From: Eledone cirrhosa
Lineage: Eukaryota
NCBI GenBank assembly: GCA_964016885.1
Contig: OZ024743.1
Span: 155,620,001 to 155,684,000, forward strand
DNA: 64,000 nucleotides
Reading direction: 5' to 3'
The notes below the pieces were generated by a model. It had not been told where the DNA came from, did no database searches, and saw nothing but the letters and a program-made list of their open reading frames with translations. The position numbers and the translations under genes are program-made. This document shows, in pieces, positions 43,240-56,937 of the stretch. Every line of letters starts with the position of its first letter. Position 1 is the first letter of the stretch.

Positions 43240-46200
43240 CTAACACATGATACTAATACACATAACACATGACACTAATACACTTACAACTTACCAAATA
43301 AAAAACAAATTAACAACACAGTGGTACACATCTCTTAAAAACAGGAAATTCTCCTTTTGGAAGATGATGCAAAACAATAACAAAGCGGAGATCTATGAAA
43401 AATGGATTACCTCCTCCCCATTAATCATCCCCCGCAAGCTACAAATTAAATCCATCCCAAACGAACCGGAGACACAAAGACGCCTTGATAACATAAAAAC
43501 CGAAATTGAACTCCTTAAATTGAGAGGCCACGCAAATGAAGATAGGATCAAATCAATCGAGGATGAGATTAATTCAAGCAATTATCAATAAAACCAAAGA
43601 CACCACCCTAGAAAATATTTCAAAATTATGGTAGGAGGACTGAAATAAGGAAGAATTAAAATCCGTTGGGAAATAAATGAAACCTGGTTCTCTAACTATG
43701 AAACACTTTTCCAAAAAGAACACACGTCCACTAACCCCTTCATTAAAACCATAATAACAAGAAAACTCAATCAACACCCAAACACCACACAACAACCAAC
43801 AACAACAAAAAAACAATACCTCGCCACATACCAAAAAAAGAAGGCATCACCTCGCCCCTACCTTCTACACCCTCCACATAACTACCACACGGATTCCCAA
43901 GCAACAAATATAGTAATAGAGAAACATCAGGTACAAGATAGACACTACAACTTCTCTCCCACCAGGAGAAATCATAGAAGCCCCCACACTTACAACTCCC
44001 TAGCATCCCTACACAACAAACCCACAACCATCATTACTTCCAACATAGAACCCGAAATACACAACTACCACACATGTCACATAGGGCCTCACAACCACGC
44101 ACCAACTATAAGTAAAGCCTAATCTACACTCCCCCACTAACCACATCCTACTACAAAAACACCAGCAGGGGACAATACAACCACACGAGACACTCTAACC
44201 ACTACAACCACCATAACTACACACCATATAACAGCAACAGCAGGACTCAATATAACCACACAAAACAACCCCACTACAACTTCCACCAAGTCTACACAGC
44301 CTTCAACAAAAATGTTGCTCAACACAACCATACGATACAATCCAACTTCAACAACCACCATAACCTCACACCCTATAACCACGTCCATCAAAGCTACACA
44401 CCCTATAACATCTGCAGGGCTCAATACAACCACACGATACAACCTAACTTCAACAACCACCACAGCTACACAGCAGCTAACAACAACAGCAGGGCCAAAA
44501 CAACCATAAGAGACATCCAAACTTCAATAACCACTACAACTTCCGTAATCATTTTTTTGCACACAGACATATGATATCAAGATAACACAAAACACACAAG
44601 AGACACTAAATGTAATAAAAATTAACAGACCAAATCAACATACTCTCCAAAGGTATACAATTTACACCAACTCCCCAACAATCAAACTACCCCGAAATGA
44701 AGGAAGATATTGCAGAATTCTGTAGAAAACTAAGACTCTGCGAGCAACTATACGAGAAATACAATGAGGACGACTCAATAGCTAGAAATAGAAGCAAATA
44801 CACCCCACCAAAAGGTAAGAATAAATTCCTCGATCAATTCTGCGAACACATTACTAATTACCCATACCACCACCTACAGAGACATAAGCAAAAACCAAAC
44901 CTAAGCAAAAAAGAATGGAATGATCTTAACAGTCTAAAGAACGACAAAACCTTAACAATCAAAGAGGCAGATAAAGTAAGTACAGTAGTCCTTATGGGGA
45001 CAGATTATTACACGACTCTAGTACTCTCAACTCTAGAAAACCAAACATATTATGAAAAGGCCCAACACTACACAAAACAGAAAATAAGGAGACACTTAAA
45101 ATCCCTGACAACCCTTTACAAATAAGGCCTTACAGACAAGGAATACAGCTACATCACCAATTTCAAAAGCAGAACCAGCCTCTTCTACGATATCCCAAAG
45201 ACACACAAAAGCGAAGTAATAGGTAGGGCCTGCAAGCAAGCCACAAATATTTACATCAATATAGCCCCTCCAGATGACCTTAAATTAAGACCCATAATAG
45301 CAGGTACCACATGTGAAACTCACCGCCTAAGCAACTTCCTAGATATTCTGTTTAAACCTTTCCTAAACACATAAAAAGATTCACAAGGGACGACCGTGAC
45401 ATGATCAACCTCCTCCCAACAACACTCAATAATGAAAATACCCTACTAGGACACCTTTGATATCATCAATTTATATTCCAATATCCCACAAAACCTAGGT
45501 ATAGAGGCAATACAATTCTGGCTTGAAAATTTTCCTAGTGAACTCCCACAGCGCATCACTAAAGAATTTGTGTTGGAGGGACTAAAATTCATCTTGAAAA
45601 ACGTTTCTTCGAATTCAATGCCAAATATTACAGACAGAAATCTGGGACGCCATGGGCACGAAAGTACGCCAAACTTGTCATGGGATATTTGGAAACCACT
45701 CTCTACCGCAAAGTTCTAGACAAATACGGCAACCACTGCTACAAACACATAGAAAAGAACTGGAAGATATATCTGGACGATTGCTTCATCCTCTGGCATG
45801 AAAGTATAGATAGACTGATTGAGTTTAAAACCCTTCTGAACGGACTCAACACAAACTGACAATTCACAATGGATTACAGCCATGAACAACTCCTTTTCCT
45901 CGACATCCTCATCAAGAAAACAAACAACAAAATAGAAACAGACATATACTACAAACCCACAGACTCCAACAATTACTTTCTATTCAACCCGCGCCAACCT
46001 AAACACACCAAAATGGCAATTCCTTGTAACCTAGCCAAAAGGATCTGCACAATAATTTCAGATAAATACACATGCTACACATGACTAGAAGAATTAAAAA
46101 ACACACTTATCTGCAGAAACTACCCAGCATCCCTAATCAACAATGAATTACAACATGCACTAAAACTCGACATCCAGGAACTCAGACACCTCAAACCCAG

Positions 46201-47417
46201 GAATGAACTAAAAAGAGACCCAAGAATGAATAAAATCCTCCAAATACACAACATCATAAAGGGCAAAAGACAACCTAAATCCAAAAAAAAACATCCTCAC
46301 ACAAGCCAAAATCCCAAACACCCTCACAATGAATCCTACGGTAACAAAATGCGGAAGGCCCAACTGAGGCATAAACATAAATCTAATAGAAGGTTCAACA
46401 TTCCATTTTAAACAAGAACAACATTTCACAGTTAAACACAACTTTACATGTGCATCTGAAAACCTAATCTATGTTTTGACCGGCTCAGGTTGTCAAGAGC
46501 ACTACATAGGACAATAAAAAAAAACAGCCCCCGACAACGTATGGCCGTCCATAAATCACAAATCAAAATACAGGAATTCAGAAAGATTGCATTTAGTGAA
46601 CATATCGCCAATTGTGCACCCAGCCATCATCCAAACTTTAAAATTTTCCCCATTTAAAATGACAACGCTACTTTCATCCATCGTACCAATAAGGAAACGT
46701 ATTTCATCAACTCAACTTAATGCAGTAAACTTTGGACTAAACTAAAACTGGAACGAACAATTAAACATTTACAAATAGCTATGTCTGTCAAAAGAGTTAG
46801 CTCCCTACACCCTACCTAATCCTTTTTTCTTAAATAAATTAAATATAATCCAGAATGAATTAACCGCCCCCCCACTCCCCCCTGCATATAATCTCTCTGA
46901 AAAGGGAAATTATATCAAACCTCAGTCCACCATTTGCCTCATCATGGTTCAACTAAACATTATTGCTATATTAACACATCTTGATCTGCTTATCTTTAAG
47001 AACTATGCCTGTAAATAAGATTTTTTTTTCTTTCACATTGCCTTAATATGCTCCACATTACGACCTCTTTTTATTTTTTATTTTCACTTCATAAACCTTG
47101 TTTGTAAATAACATTATTCGTTCTGCACCATTTCTTTCACATGTGCAACACCACAATTTTACACCAATACATATTATTTTCATGTGATAATGCATAACAA
47201 TGCTGAAACCGGTAATACACAATTATTAAATATATAAATGAATTTAAAAAATGCCATTGTTAATTAATAAATACATCAACTAATACCTTCACAGTTCACA
47301 CAGAGTAAAATATTTCGTTTTAATCATTTCATTTTCTAACCCAGAAAAATGAGAGAAATAAATAAAAAGGGGAAAAAAAAAAAATGTTTTTCTTAATAAT
47401 CATCTTTTTCGCCCTGT

Positions 47418-47420
<3 letters not shown>
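43240..47420 (+). mobile_element. Near full-length degraded Neptune-like PLE (N-terminal domain, Thr-rich linker, RT, GIY-YIG, pLTR)
   Basis: FCRKLRL, IKEADK, LRPIIAG..THRLSNFLD, FDIINLYSNIP, QKSGT.MGTK, WKIYLDDCFI, FLDILI..IYYKPTDS, CASENLIYVL..CQEHYIGQ. Shares W(F)..NYE..NPF.K (~43680) with the element at 38500. Confidence 0.9.
47178..47222 (+). ncRNA. Degenerate minimal hammerhead ribozyme
   Basis: GTGATAA-t-GCAT-aaca-ATGC-t-GAAAC-CG-GTA. There are two substitutions relative to CTGATGA. Confidence 0.5.
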
Positions 47421-47479
<59 letters not shown>

Positions 47480-47520
47480 TGTCCTTACTTGCTTTCATAT
47501 ATATGTATATATATAGTTAA

Positions 47521-47970
47521 TAGATGAAACAAACACACAACAATAATTTTACACAGTTCACATATGAGAAAATGAAACAGAAACAACAGACGAAACAACA
47601 CAGTACAGTGAAATCCATTAGTTAAACGCTTGATGTAGTACTAAATGATTCGTAACACAGTTGTTCAGAAGAAGAAAGAATTAGAATAAATTATGCAATA
47701 CATTGTTAGAGAGTGATTAGAGGAAGCAATGTAAAAGGAATTTTCCAGAGGAAAATAGCACGTGTGTTTCAACACCATTGCGAGTATACCTCCTGCTGTT
47801 CCATTTCCTCCATACGTTTAAAGTAACAGATTCTCCACCCCTCAGACACTCATAATGGATTTTATTCTACTGCGTTGTTTCCTCTTTTGTTTTCATTTGG
47901 TTTTCGCATATATGAACATAATATTACTGTGTAAAATTGCCCTTTGTCTTGTTTGTTTCATTATCTCTAG
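47521..47970. repeat. Old inverted pair (47521-47620 / 47853-47970) between microsatellites
   Basis: ATGAAACAAACA..AATTTTACACAG..GAAACAAC.CAGTA..AAATCCATTA pairs with TAATGGATTT..TACTGCGTTGTTTC..CTGTGTAAAATT..TGTTTGTTTCAT. Confidence 0.65.
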
Positions 47971-48047
<77 letters not shown>

Positions 48048-48152
48048 TCAGGACCCCGACGGCTGAGCACCAGCCGTTTCAACTGTTATATCCACAATAC
48101 TACTGAAAGTACGCTGGTGAGTAATGGTCTAACTAGCTTTTACCGCCTCCAA

Positions 48153-48212
<60 letters not shown>

Positions 48213-48647
48213 AGAGAGAGAGAAAGAGAGAGAGAGAGAGGGAGAGAAAGATAGAGATATAGAGAGAGAGATAGAATGAGTAGACTAAGGGCCTACCCAG
48301 AGGTAGGCCCTTAGTTTTCTCACCCATGTTGAGGGACGTAGCATTAGTCACCGAAGAATTGTATCAGTTTCCTCCTATACTAAAACTTCTGAATTAGTAA
48401 ACTAGTCAAATGGAGTCATGCAATTTTAACACACATATTTGACACACTCACCGCCTACACAATATGTTCGCACTTTGAATGTGGCTCCAGAATATAATTG
48501 TGATGAATTGCTTTGGAGTTTGTGCGAGGGGGTCAAAATAAAAATAAATATTACCACACAATATGGCTCTACATCTTACATTATCTTGAGAAACATTTGG
48601 GTTGCACAAGAGCTATGCTTGCCAACAACCATTATGGAAATATATAT

Positions 48648-48846
48648 GGCCGTGGATTGGCAGTATCGGTAGAGTGTCGGTAGAGGGTCGGACGCCATGC
48701 TTTCCAGCATAGTTACGTCCCTTTACGATCTGAGTTCAAATCCCGCCGAGGTTGACTTTGCCTTTCATCCTTACGGGGTCGATAAAATAAAGTACCAGTA
48801 ATGAACTGGTGATTGCTGGCCTTGTGCCTAAAGTAGAAACAATTAT
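48648..48846 (+). mobile_element. tRNA-derived SINE (octopod-type), full length with TSD
   Basis: A-box-like TGGCAGTATCGG, B-box GAGTTCAAATC, core TTGCCTTTCATCCTTACGGGGTCGATAAAATAAAGTACCAGT. TSD ATTATGGAAATATATA at 48631 and 48842. Confidence 0.85.
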
Positions 48847-49395
48847 GGAAATATATAATTACATATACATGTATGACTACAATCACTATAAGTTTCTCGA
48901 ACCTATTTTCATAAACATATAGATATATAATCTTAACAAAATATACATATTTTCGAAGGCCGTTGGCTCAAGTGATTTTCTCCGTCATTCCATATGTTGT
49001 TTCCTATTTCGTCTGGCGTCACATGTATCAGCCACATCACAAACTATGCTTGCAGGCATTTCTGATCGAATCACAAAAAAATTGACGTATTTAACTAGCT
49101 TTACTCTGTTAGACTGTTACATGTTACTGATGGAACCATAGGTGACTGCTATTCTGTTTTCATATTCGAATCTTTATGTTGATTGATTGGAAATATTTAA
49201 CGAAACTGATATTATCATTATTAAAAATATATATGAAACTGTTAATGGCATTGAAATAAATTTCCACTGATAATTATAATTTTATAATCCGGGATTCTTT
49301 GTTTTTTCTGATGTTGGAAATGAACTATGTAATGATATATAGATGATATCAAAGGTTATTGATAACAGGTAGTAGTGTTGCATGTTCATTAATTA

Positions 49396-49515
49396 TTCTG
49401 AGTTCAAATCCCGCCGATGTCAACTCTGCCTTTCATCCTTACGGGGTCGATAAAATAAAGTATCAGTCATGTACTGGGTAATTGCTGGCCTTGTGCCAAA
49501 AGTAGTAACAATTAA
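49396..49515 (+). mobile_element. 5'-truncated copy of the same SINE
   Basis: Colinear with 48729-48845. Confidence 0.85.
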
Positions 49516-51120
49516 TTAAATAGCTAATATCTTCAGACTACACGTTTTTATGAGGATTAAATGGTGATTGCATTTGTGTATTCATGCAACGTCTTTGGCT
49601 CAAACATTAATATACTTCAGTTTCTTTCATCATACAGAATTTTAAATAGTGTAGCTGCAATTAAAACATGTAATCTGAATTTGGTTTATATATAGAGCTT
49701 CTTAAATATAATAGGGTCCTCTCAAATGATATATAAATTGGTGTTTATGTTAGCGTTTTTAATACATTCGATTTGAGTTAATGACAGATTCGCCAGCAAC
49801 TGATGACAAATTAATTGCGTTTGGTAAATTGTCTTCATTCGTAGATATTTGCTTCTAAATTGATTCACGTAAAAATATATGAGTTGTTAATCATCTTTCT
49901 TCGTTCCTTTATGATGAATCATTTGGTTATCACCTCATTTAATAGTCGCCCAGTTCCAGTTGATATTGCGTCGAGCAGTAGACATCATTACTGTTAGCCT
50001 AATTATCTAAGTCGCATTATATATACTCTAGTCATCATTACACCTGTCAGGCAGAATTGATCAAATTATGCTATATGTAATAACCGAATACGCCATCCAG
50101 GGAATCGGGAGAAAGCAAGATTAAACAATTTTGATCAGATTCCTTGATTTGTGCAAGTGGGATAAAGAACACGTTCTTTCAGTTTTTCAAACATGGAAGA
50201 GTTTTTCTTTAGGAATCTATTCAGGGAACCGCAAAGTCTAATACAGTTATAAGGTCATAATATAATTATACTCCTCTATCATTTTTCACGGAAACCCGGG
50301 CACTCCTTTGTTCACGGAACCATCCATGGGAACCATTGGGTTCGAAATATGTCTTGTTTTGTTTTTATAGTGTATTATAAAAGTATATTTTTATTTTTAA
50401 AGAATGATATTACATGAAAGTAAAATATTTAGGAAGTTAGTCTAGGGTTCACGTTTAATTATGTCTCTGTTGTTAAATGAGAAGTATATAATGTAACTTA
50501 CAATATATTAAATATTGGACGTATATTGATCAAACACATAATAACGTGAAGTAAAGGAAGTGACCCATATAACTGTCTACTGGACGAAAAAGTGAATTAA
50601 TGTTAAATGCGGAAGTTTAATATAGTTATTATAGGCGGAGTTATATTAGCAATGTTTTGAAAGATGGGGAAATTGTCCGTTTTGAATTCATATAACATCA
50701 AATATATAATTTAGATATGTTTTGTCTCAAATTTGATCGGGTAACGATGACATAGACCTGAAATGATCACCTATGTGATTACCCCTCTTCAAAACTCTCT
50801 ACTAAAATCTTAAACTGAACCAGAAAGAGGCAGATCAGGTGACGTGGATTTTATTGCATAAATATTACACTCTATCAATTTAATATCATATTATATGTTA
50901 ATCATTATTAAGTGATATGGATTTACATAGACAAACATAGCTAAATACGTTTCAGATAGACACACAAAGACACTAAGAATAACAAACACACACATACATA
51001 TATATATGGGGTTAAATGCTGTGTGATTTGGTACGTGTGCATGTGAGTGCGGGGGTGTTGATTTGCGTGTATATGAGTGTGTGTGTATCTTTAAACTCTG
51101 TTTGGGGAATTAAGTGTAAT

Positions 51121-51308
51121 AATTGTTTCTACTTTTGGCACAAGGCCAGCAATTAACCAGTACATTACTGGTACTTTATTTTATCGACCCCGTAAGGATG
51201 AAATGCAAAGTTAACCTCGGTGGGATTTGAACTCAGACCGTAAAGGGACGTAACTACGCTGGAAAGCATGGCGTCCGACTCTCTACCGATACTGCCAATT
51301 CACCGCCC
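51121..51308 (-). mobile_element. Full-length SINE copy with TSD
   Basis: Reverse complement of 48648-48846. TSD ATTAAGTGTAATAAT at 51109 and 51310. Confidence 0.85.
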
Positions 51309-52489
51309 TATTAAGTGTAATAATGAATGTAATAATGAGTGTAATATTTCAAGGGTGTAGTTTTACATTATGCACTTGTATGATGAAATTATAATTGCAT
51401 ATACTTGAATTGAAATCTTATTAGAATAGGGATTAGTTTTGGGTTTTAAGAGAATAATGGGAATTATTGGATGATATACTTGAAATATATAAGGAGTATG
51501 CAACAGACTACAGGAAATGATAGAAAGCTCGTCATAAAAGCATTATATTTCCATTGGTTTTTACACTGCTATCGCAACACCTACTAGAGAGTCACATAAT
51601 TTACGATGGCATGAGGTGGCATTCAATTTCAGAACGCATTGATATAGAAGATATTCCATAGGGCAAACCGCCCTAATCACTAACAGTTCAATTGTACTCA
51701 AGGCGAATAAGTTATTTATCAACCTCGAATTGTTGCTAGGCAAATTTGACTACAGTGGTATTTGAATTGACTGCACTTGGTTGATTTGGTCTCAACTGTA
51801 AAGGTCATAAGGCGTTTAAAGTTAGCAGACAATGTTTTGTAAAATTGATGGTTAAAATGCTCAAAATATATTGATGTTTAAACTTCTATTTATTTGGTTG
51901 TTTACAAAGAAAGTTGCATGTTTAATCAGCACATAGAGATGGGTTCAGGGAAAATAACACTTACGGGAATCCGATTGCTACAACATTGTATGAGAAAACA
52001 ATTGTAGTATCAAATAAATTTAGAATTATATTTAAAAAACCGGACGCTTAACAAGGTGATCGCGAATTTAGTGTTTTATATGCATAAAATACAAGGTCTA
52101 TATATCATATAGTTATACATACATATAGTGCTTCGTTCGCAATTGAAAGTAATCCTATACTTTATTTAAATAAGTTTTTCTCCAAAATTCATTACCACCA
52201 GTGATTCATTTCCACCAGTGATTTTTCAACGCGAATAATTAAAGTTAGGTTAAATTTAATTACAATTTTTAAAGATTACTAAATGTGACAAAGAACAAAA
52301 CAAAGTGTATGAGAGATACGGCTATATAGTCCGATTCAGGTCAGAAAGGTAAATTTACCTTAACATACAGATTTACAATATTATTTCGAATATCATTCGT
52401 AATTTAGCTGAATTCCATAGAAAATATTCACATCACCACTATACATAAACGAAACAGAAACACACACACATACACAGACACACATATAT

Positions 52490-52543
<54 letters not shown>

Positions 52544-52883
52544 GTATATAGTGGGTCTCTTCTTGCTTACATCTCACACACGTCGGCCGTCTCTACCTTT
52601 CGCTCATGAAATCCACCCAGATTATGCTGACCAGGACTACCATGTTGCTTGTTTTTTTACTTTCTTTGGTTTGCTTTTATCCTTCTATGTTGTTTACTTG
52701 TCCCCCCTCGCTTTACGCGATTTACTGGTCCCAATAACTTTTTTTAGTTATTGCTCGCACCAACCTGAGGTATATGATTTTTAATGCGATGAAATACCAA
52801 TGATGGTTGGAAAATCACTGACGAAGGACTATTTTTATCATATGTAACCCATGTGCAACCACGCATTATTCTTCTTTCTTCTC

Positions 52884-52928
<45 letters not shown>

Positions 52929-53433
52929 GGTGTATATGTGTTTCTATGTGTTTGCCTTTAGCTCTCTTCTGACTTGGAAAGGATAGTAACGTCCCAGTTA
53001 TGTAGAAACTCCTAACTGTATTTATCATCCATAAATGTTTGCCATTTATACCACGGTACACTTCAGAACCCCAGGAGTTTTAATATCAGTAATGGTATAT
53101 TTCACTTATTTCCATATGTATAACGCAAATGAAAAGAATGCTTTGATAAATGATTTGAAACCATATATGTGTTCATTAAGTCATTCAAATAGCTTTCAAT
53201 ACTACGTATATGATGCACTCAAATATATCAGTCATGCTGTCCCTGAATTCAATCATTGATAGAAATATATATGATATGGTGTCATAGAACATGCTGCAGT
53301 TAAAACAATTCAGCTATGCAACCAGCAATCTATATAGTAATATATTTTATGAAAGTATATTGTGTATATGTTCATCAGATTTTTAAACTGAATGAGATAA
53401 TAGAGGTTGCAATTGAGTAAATCCAATATCGCC

Positions 53434-53509
53434 CGTGTAGCTATGCGTGTAGCTATGCGTGTAGCTATGCGTGTAGCTATGCGTGTAGCTATGCGTGTAG
53501 CTATGCGTG
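53434..53509. repeat. 12-bp tandem repeat (CGTGTAGCTATG) x ~6
   Basis: Perfect head-to-tail units with no spacers. Confidence 0.95.
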
Positions 53510-53534
53510 TGCATCATATATACAAACATGCATA

Positions 53535-53605
<71 letters not shown>

Positions 53606-54423
53606 GTGTGTGTTTGTGTGTGTGTGTGTATGTGTGTGTATGTCTGTATATTTATACAAACAGTTATAGTTATGAAATCTCACACATACATGATATACGT
53701 GTTTGAATGTGTGAATGTATATACCTGTGCATTTGCAGTATTTATGTGCTTTAAAGTTCCTGCGGAAATGTTGATTTGATGATACTATTTTATTATTAAT
53801 TACCATGCGGTGTTGTACCTTTTATCTCGCTAGCTTGAACCCATCCTCGCATTCGAATATAACTCCCGACACGAACTCATTATTTGCACTTTCAATCAAT
53901 TTTGCTTGAGGTATTTGATTCACATCAGTGATAAGAGCTTGCTAGTAATTTCCTTTAATTCGGAAAATCCCAGAAGTTGTTTGTTACAGAACTGTAAGTC
54001 ACTTAGATAACTACTTTGTTGCCTCAACAATATGTCATCGACTTTCGTCAGCAGCATATGTCCAATTTCTAATCCGGAGAGACATGGTTTACAGATTTGT
54101 TATATATTTCTAAGAACTGCATAATCATTGAGATGTGCAACCATTGATTGATCGGAATCTGCCAAAGAATTTTGGATCCTGTATAACTGTGACCATAACA
54201 TTTGGTTCTCATAGTGTTAAATATATATAACCAAATCCTACAAGGAAATCCCATTATGATATTTTAGCTGATGACCTAAAGTAAATCCGTCCACTAAATC
54301 ATATAAGCATTTTATCTTATTGTGATTAGATAGAAATAATTCAATTACCAGTATTTGAATTCGTTTCCGCATCCTGTTTGCAATAATTTTAATTGTGATA
54401 TATATGGCCCTTCCTTCTTTACC

Positions 54424-54523
54424 AATAATTGTTTCTACGTTAGGCACAAGGCCAGCAATTACACACTGTATTACTGGTACTTTATTTTATCGACCATGTA
54501 AGGATGAAAGGCAAAGTTAACCT
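54424..54523 (-). mobile_element. 3' half of the same SINE
   Basis: AATTGTTTCTAC..GGCACAAGGCCAGCAATT..ACTGGTACTTTATTTTATCGAC..AAGGATGAAAGGCAAAGTTAACC. Confidence 0.85.
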
Positions 54524-55547
54524 TCTTTACAAATAATAATACATCCAGCGCCTCGTAGCATTTCATAACATATACTTCATTAGCTAGATGCAACGAAAAC
54601 ACTTTTGTGTTAATAGAATACATGGACAAAGACATAGGATGCTTGCATTACAGTGATCAATTAAGTAGATTATGAAAAGAAGTGGAAGCCGCTATATAAT
54701 TTGGTTGACGTAGCAATCAAATATTCCACATATTTCCCATAGTTTTAAAAGATGGGTCGGCATATTAAAACATAAAATCCCGATTAAATTGCATCTGATA
54801 ACACAACTCAAATACAATTGTATATGATTTTTCTCGCATTTATAGCTGTATTTGTTGAACGACACTCGCAGATCTTTCCTGACAATCCTCTCATATACAT
54901 GATCATACCATGAAGTATGTATCATGCATTATTTCTCACTCTTACACTCACCACATCACCCCTCTCACCTTCTCTGTATCTCTCTCTATATAAATATTTA
55001 AATGAAATCAGATGCAGTAAAACCTGTTTAAACTATTACTTACCAGAGTATTCGATAGTAGGGTGTGGGAATATTAAAGATTCGGGACACTGACGGCTGA
55101 GCTTTTTCTTTACCAACAGCTTGTGCCAAACTCGTTCGGAACTACGCGTTGAAACGGCGAGAGTTTAGCCGTCGCGCCCCGTTTCTTTCTTGAATTGCTG
55201 AGGGTACATAGTATACTCAAATAAATACATCGGCTGATTAGCCTGATTTGTTTTCTCTCAGCTAATGCTGGAAAAAAGGTGGCAGTTATTCGTCTACCAC
55301 GTGATGTTTTATTAGGCTGTTTACTTCTTAACAAACCGAGTATAAATAATATTTCCATAATATAATAATATTGTTATTCACTCAGGAATACATTAAGGTA
55401 TCTACCACTTTATTTTCATTGTTCCAAACACGCATACCCCCCCCCCCTCACTCGCAAGCGTGAAACTAATATTAACATTTTGTACTGCCTCTTCGCTTCC
55501 ACGTTGTTTTTTTTTGTTTTTGTTTACTGTCTCAACTCTAATATATA

Positions 55548-55604
<57 letters not shown>

Positions 55605-55613
<9 letters not shown>

Positions 55614-55945
55614 ACGTACATACATATGTGTATACAGACGTGCAGTAGTATGTATATACATACATGCACACATATATATATATATATGTACGTATGGATT
55701 TACCGAACATTTATTATAATGTTCGGTTTGTTTATAAACAACAATTCGGGCTGTTTTTTTTACAAACAAACCGAACATTTTAATAAATGTTCGGTAAACC
55801 CATGCGTACATATATATATGTGTGTGCATGTATGTATGCATATACATAATACTGTACTGTATACATATATGTATGTACGTATACATACTTATATTTAAGT
55901 ATCAGCCGTACTAAGAGTGAGAAATGAAATTTCATTTTTTCCATT
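55605..55945. mobile_element. Fold-back (inverted plus direct) copy of the 5503-5983 family
   Basis: 55605-55740 is the reverse complement of ~55755-55890. The module ends in the AGCCGTACTAAGAGTGAGAAATGAAATTTC tail. Confidence 0.8.
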
Positions 55946-55994
55946 TATATATATAGAAATTACATGAATCAAAGTTGTGTTCAAACAATTTATT

Positions 55995-56040
55995 AGCTTA
56001 CAATTGTTTCGTCCAAACCGAGGTTTGGCGTCTTCGGAGC
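55995..56040 (-). ncRNA. Minimal hammerhead ribozyme (U4C variant) in a pLTR-like segment
   Basis: Reverse complement: gct-CCGAAGA-cg-CCAAAC-ctcg-GTTTGG-ac-GAAAC-AATT-GTA-agc. Stems I-III can all form, and stem III is palindromic (ACAATTGT). Confidence 0.65.
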
Positions 56041-56623
56041 AATTTGTCAACGATTGTTTACATACATGACCTCCTTTCCAACATAAGAGACATACAGAAA
56101 CATATGTATATATCGATGCACAGTGGGGTGACATCCATTATAATATTTTAGCATGGCAATTTACATTCAAAAATTAAAATCATATTAAAAGAAGATTAAA
56201 ACAAAATTAAAGTTAAAATACAACATCGGCAGTTTACGAAGATAATGCAAGAGGAGAGTTTGAAGTAGGTAGTGTATGCAATAGTTACACGTGGGGCATG
56301 GACGTGTGTCTTATTTATATAATATTATTGTGCGGCAAGGTGTTATAAGCAATACAAGCACGTTAAGCGGACAATCAAGAGTATTATGGGGGTTGTGTTG
56401 GTAAAGTATTTTTTATATATGATAAAGAAGCTTGTGTGCAGAAAAATATTAAAAATGAGAAGCAAAATAATGTTATACTTTTCGTATACACCACCATTTT
56501 CACAATCCAGGAAACGTAATATATAAGGTAGTAATAAATTACTGTCTTTCACTGTTTAGGGTTTAAAATATATATAACTATAAAAAGTTTTAGTATATAC
56601 ATAACCATAAATAGTATCCTTAA

Positions 56624-56688
<65 letters not shown>

Positions 56689-56854
56689 CATAATCGGAGA
56701 AAGCTAATAGCGATACTCCGAGGAAATTCCAACTCACTCAACAAACATGAGGAAATACCTGAGTATATTCCTAATTAAACGTTCGAGGTGCTAACTAATT
56801 GTATTGTGTGGAAAATTGGCTGTATCATTTCATATGAGATATATCAATATGAGT

Positions 56855-56856
56855 GA

Positions 56857-56934
<78 letters not shown>
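56855..56934. repeat. (GT)n microsatellite
   Basis: Direct reading. Confidence 0.95.

Positions 56935-56937
<3 letters not shown>

Noticed and set aside
38495-47420. In-frame TGA as selenocysteine (as in Naiad PLEs)
   Set aside because: These elements have a C-terminal EN, and their disruptions are mixed TAA/TAG/TGA stops and frameshifts, which indicates neutral decay.
48648-48750. tRNA gene (A and B boxes)
   Set aside because: No cloverleaf; it is the head of a multi-copy SINE.
53434-53509. Regular repeat as a possible CRISPR array or RVAM repeat protein
   Set aside because: The 12-bp units have no spacers, no cas genes are present and the context is eukaryotic, so it is a simple minisatellite.
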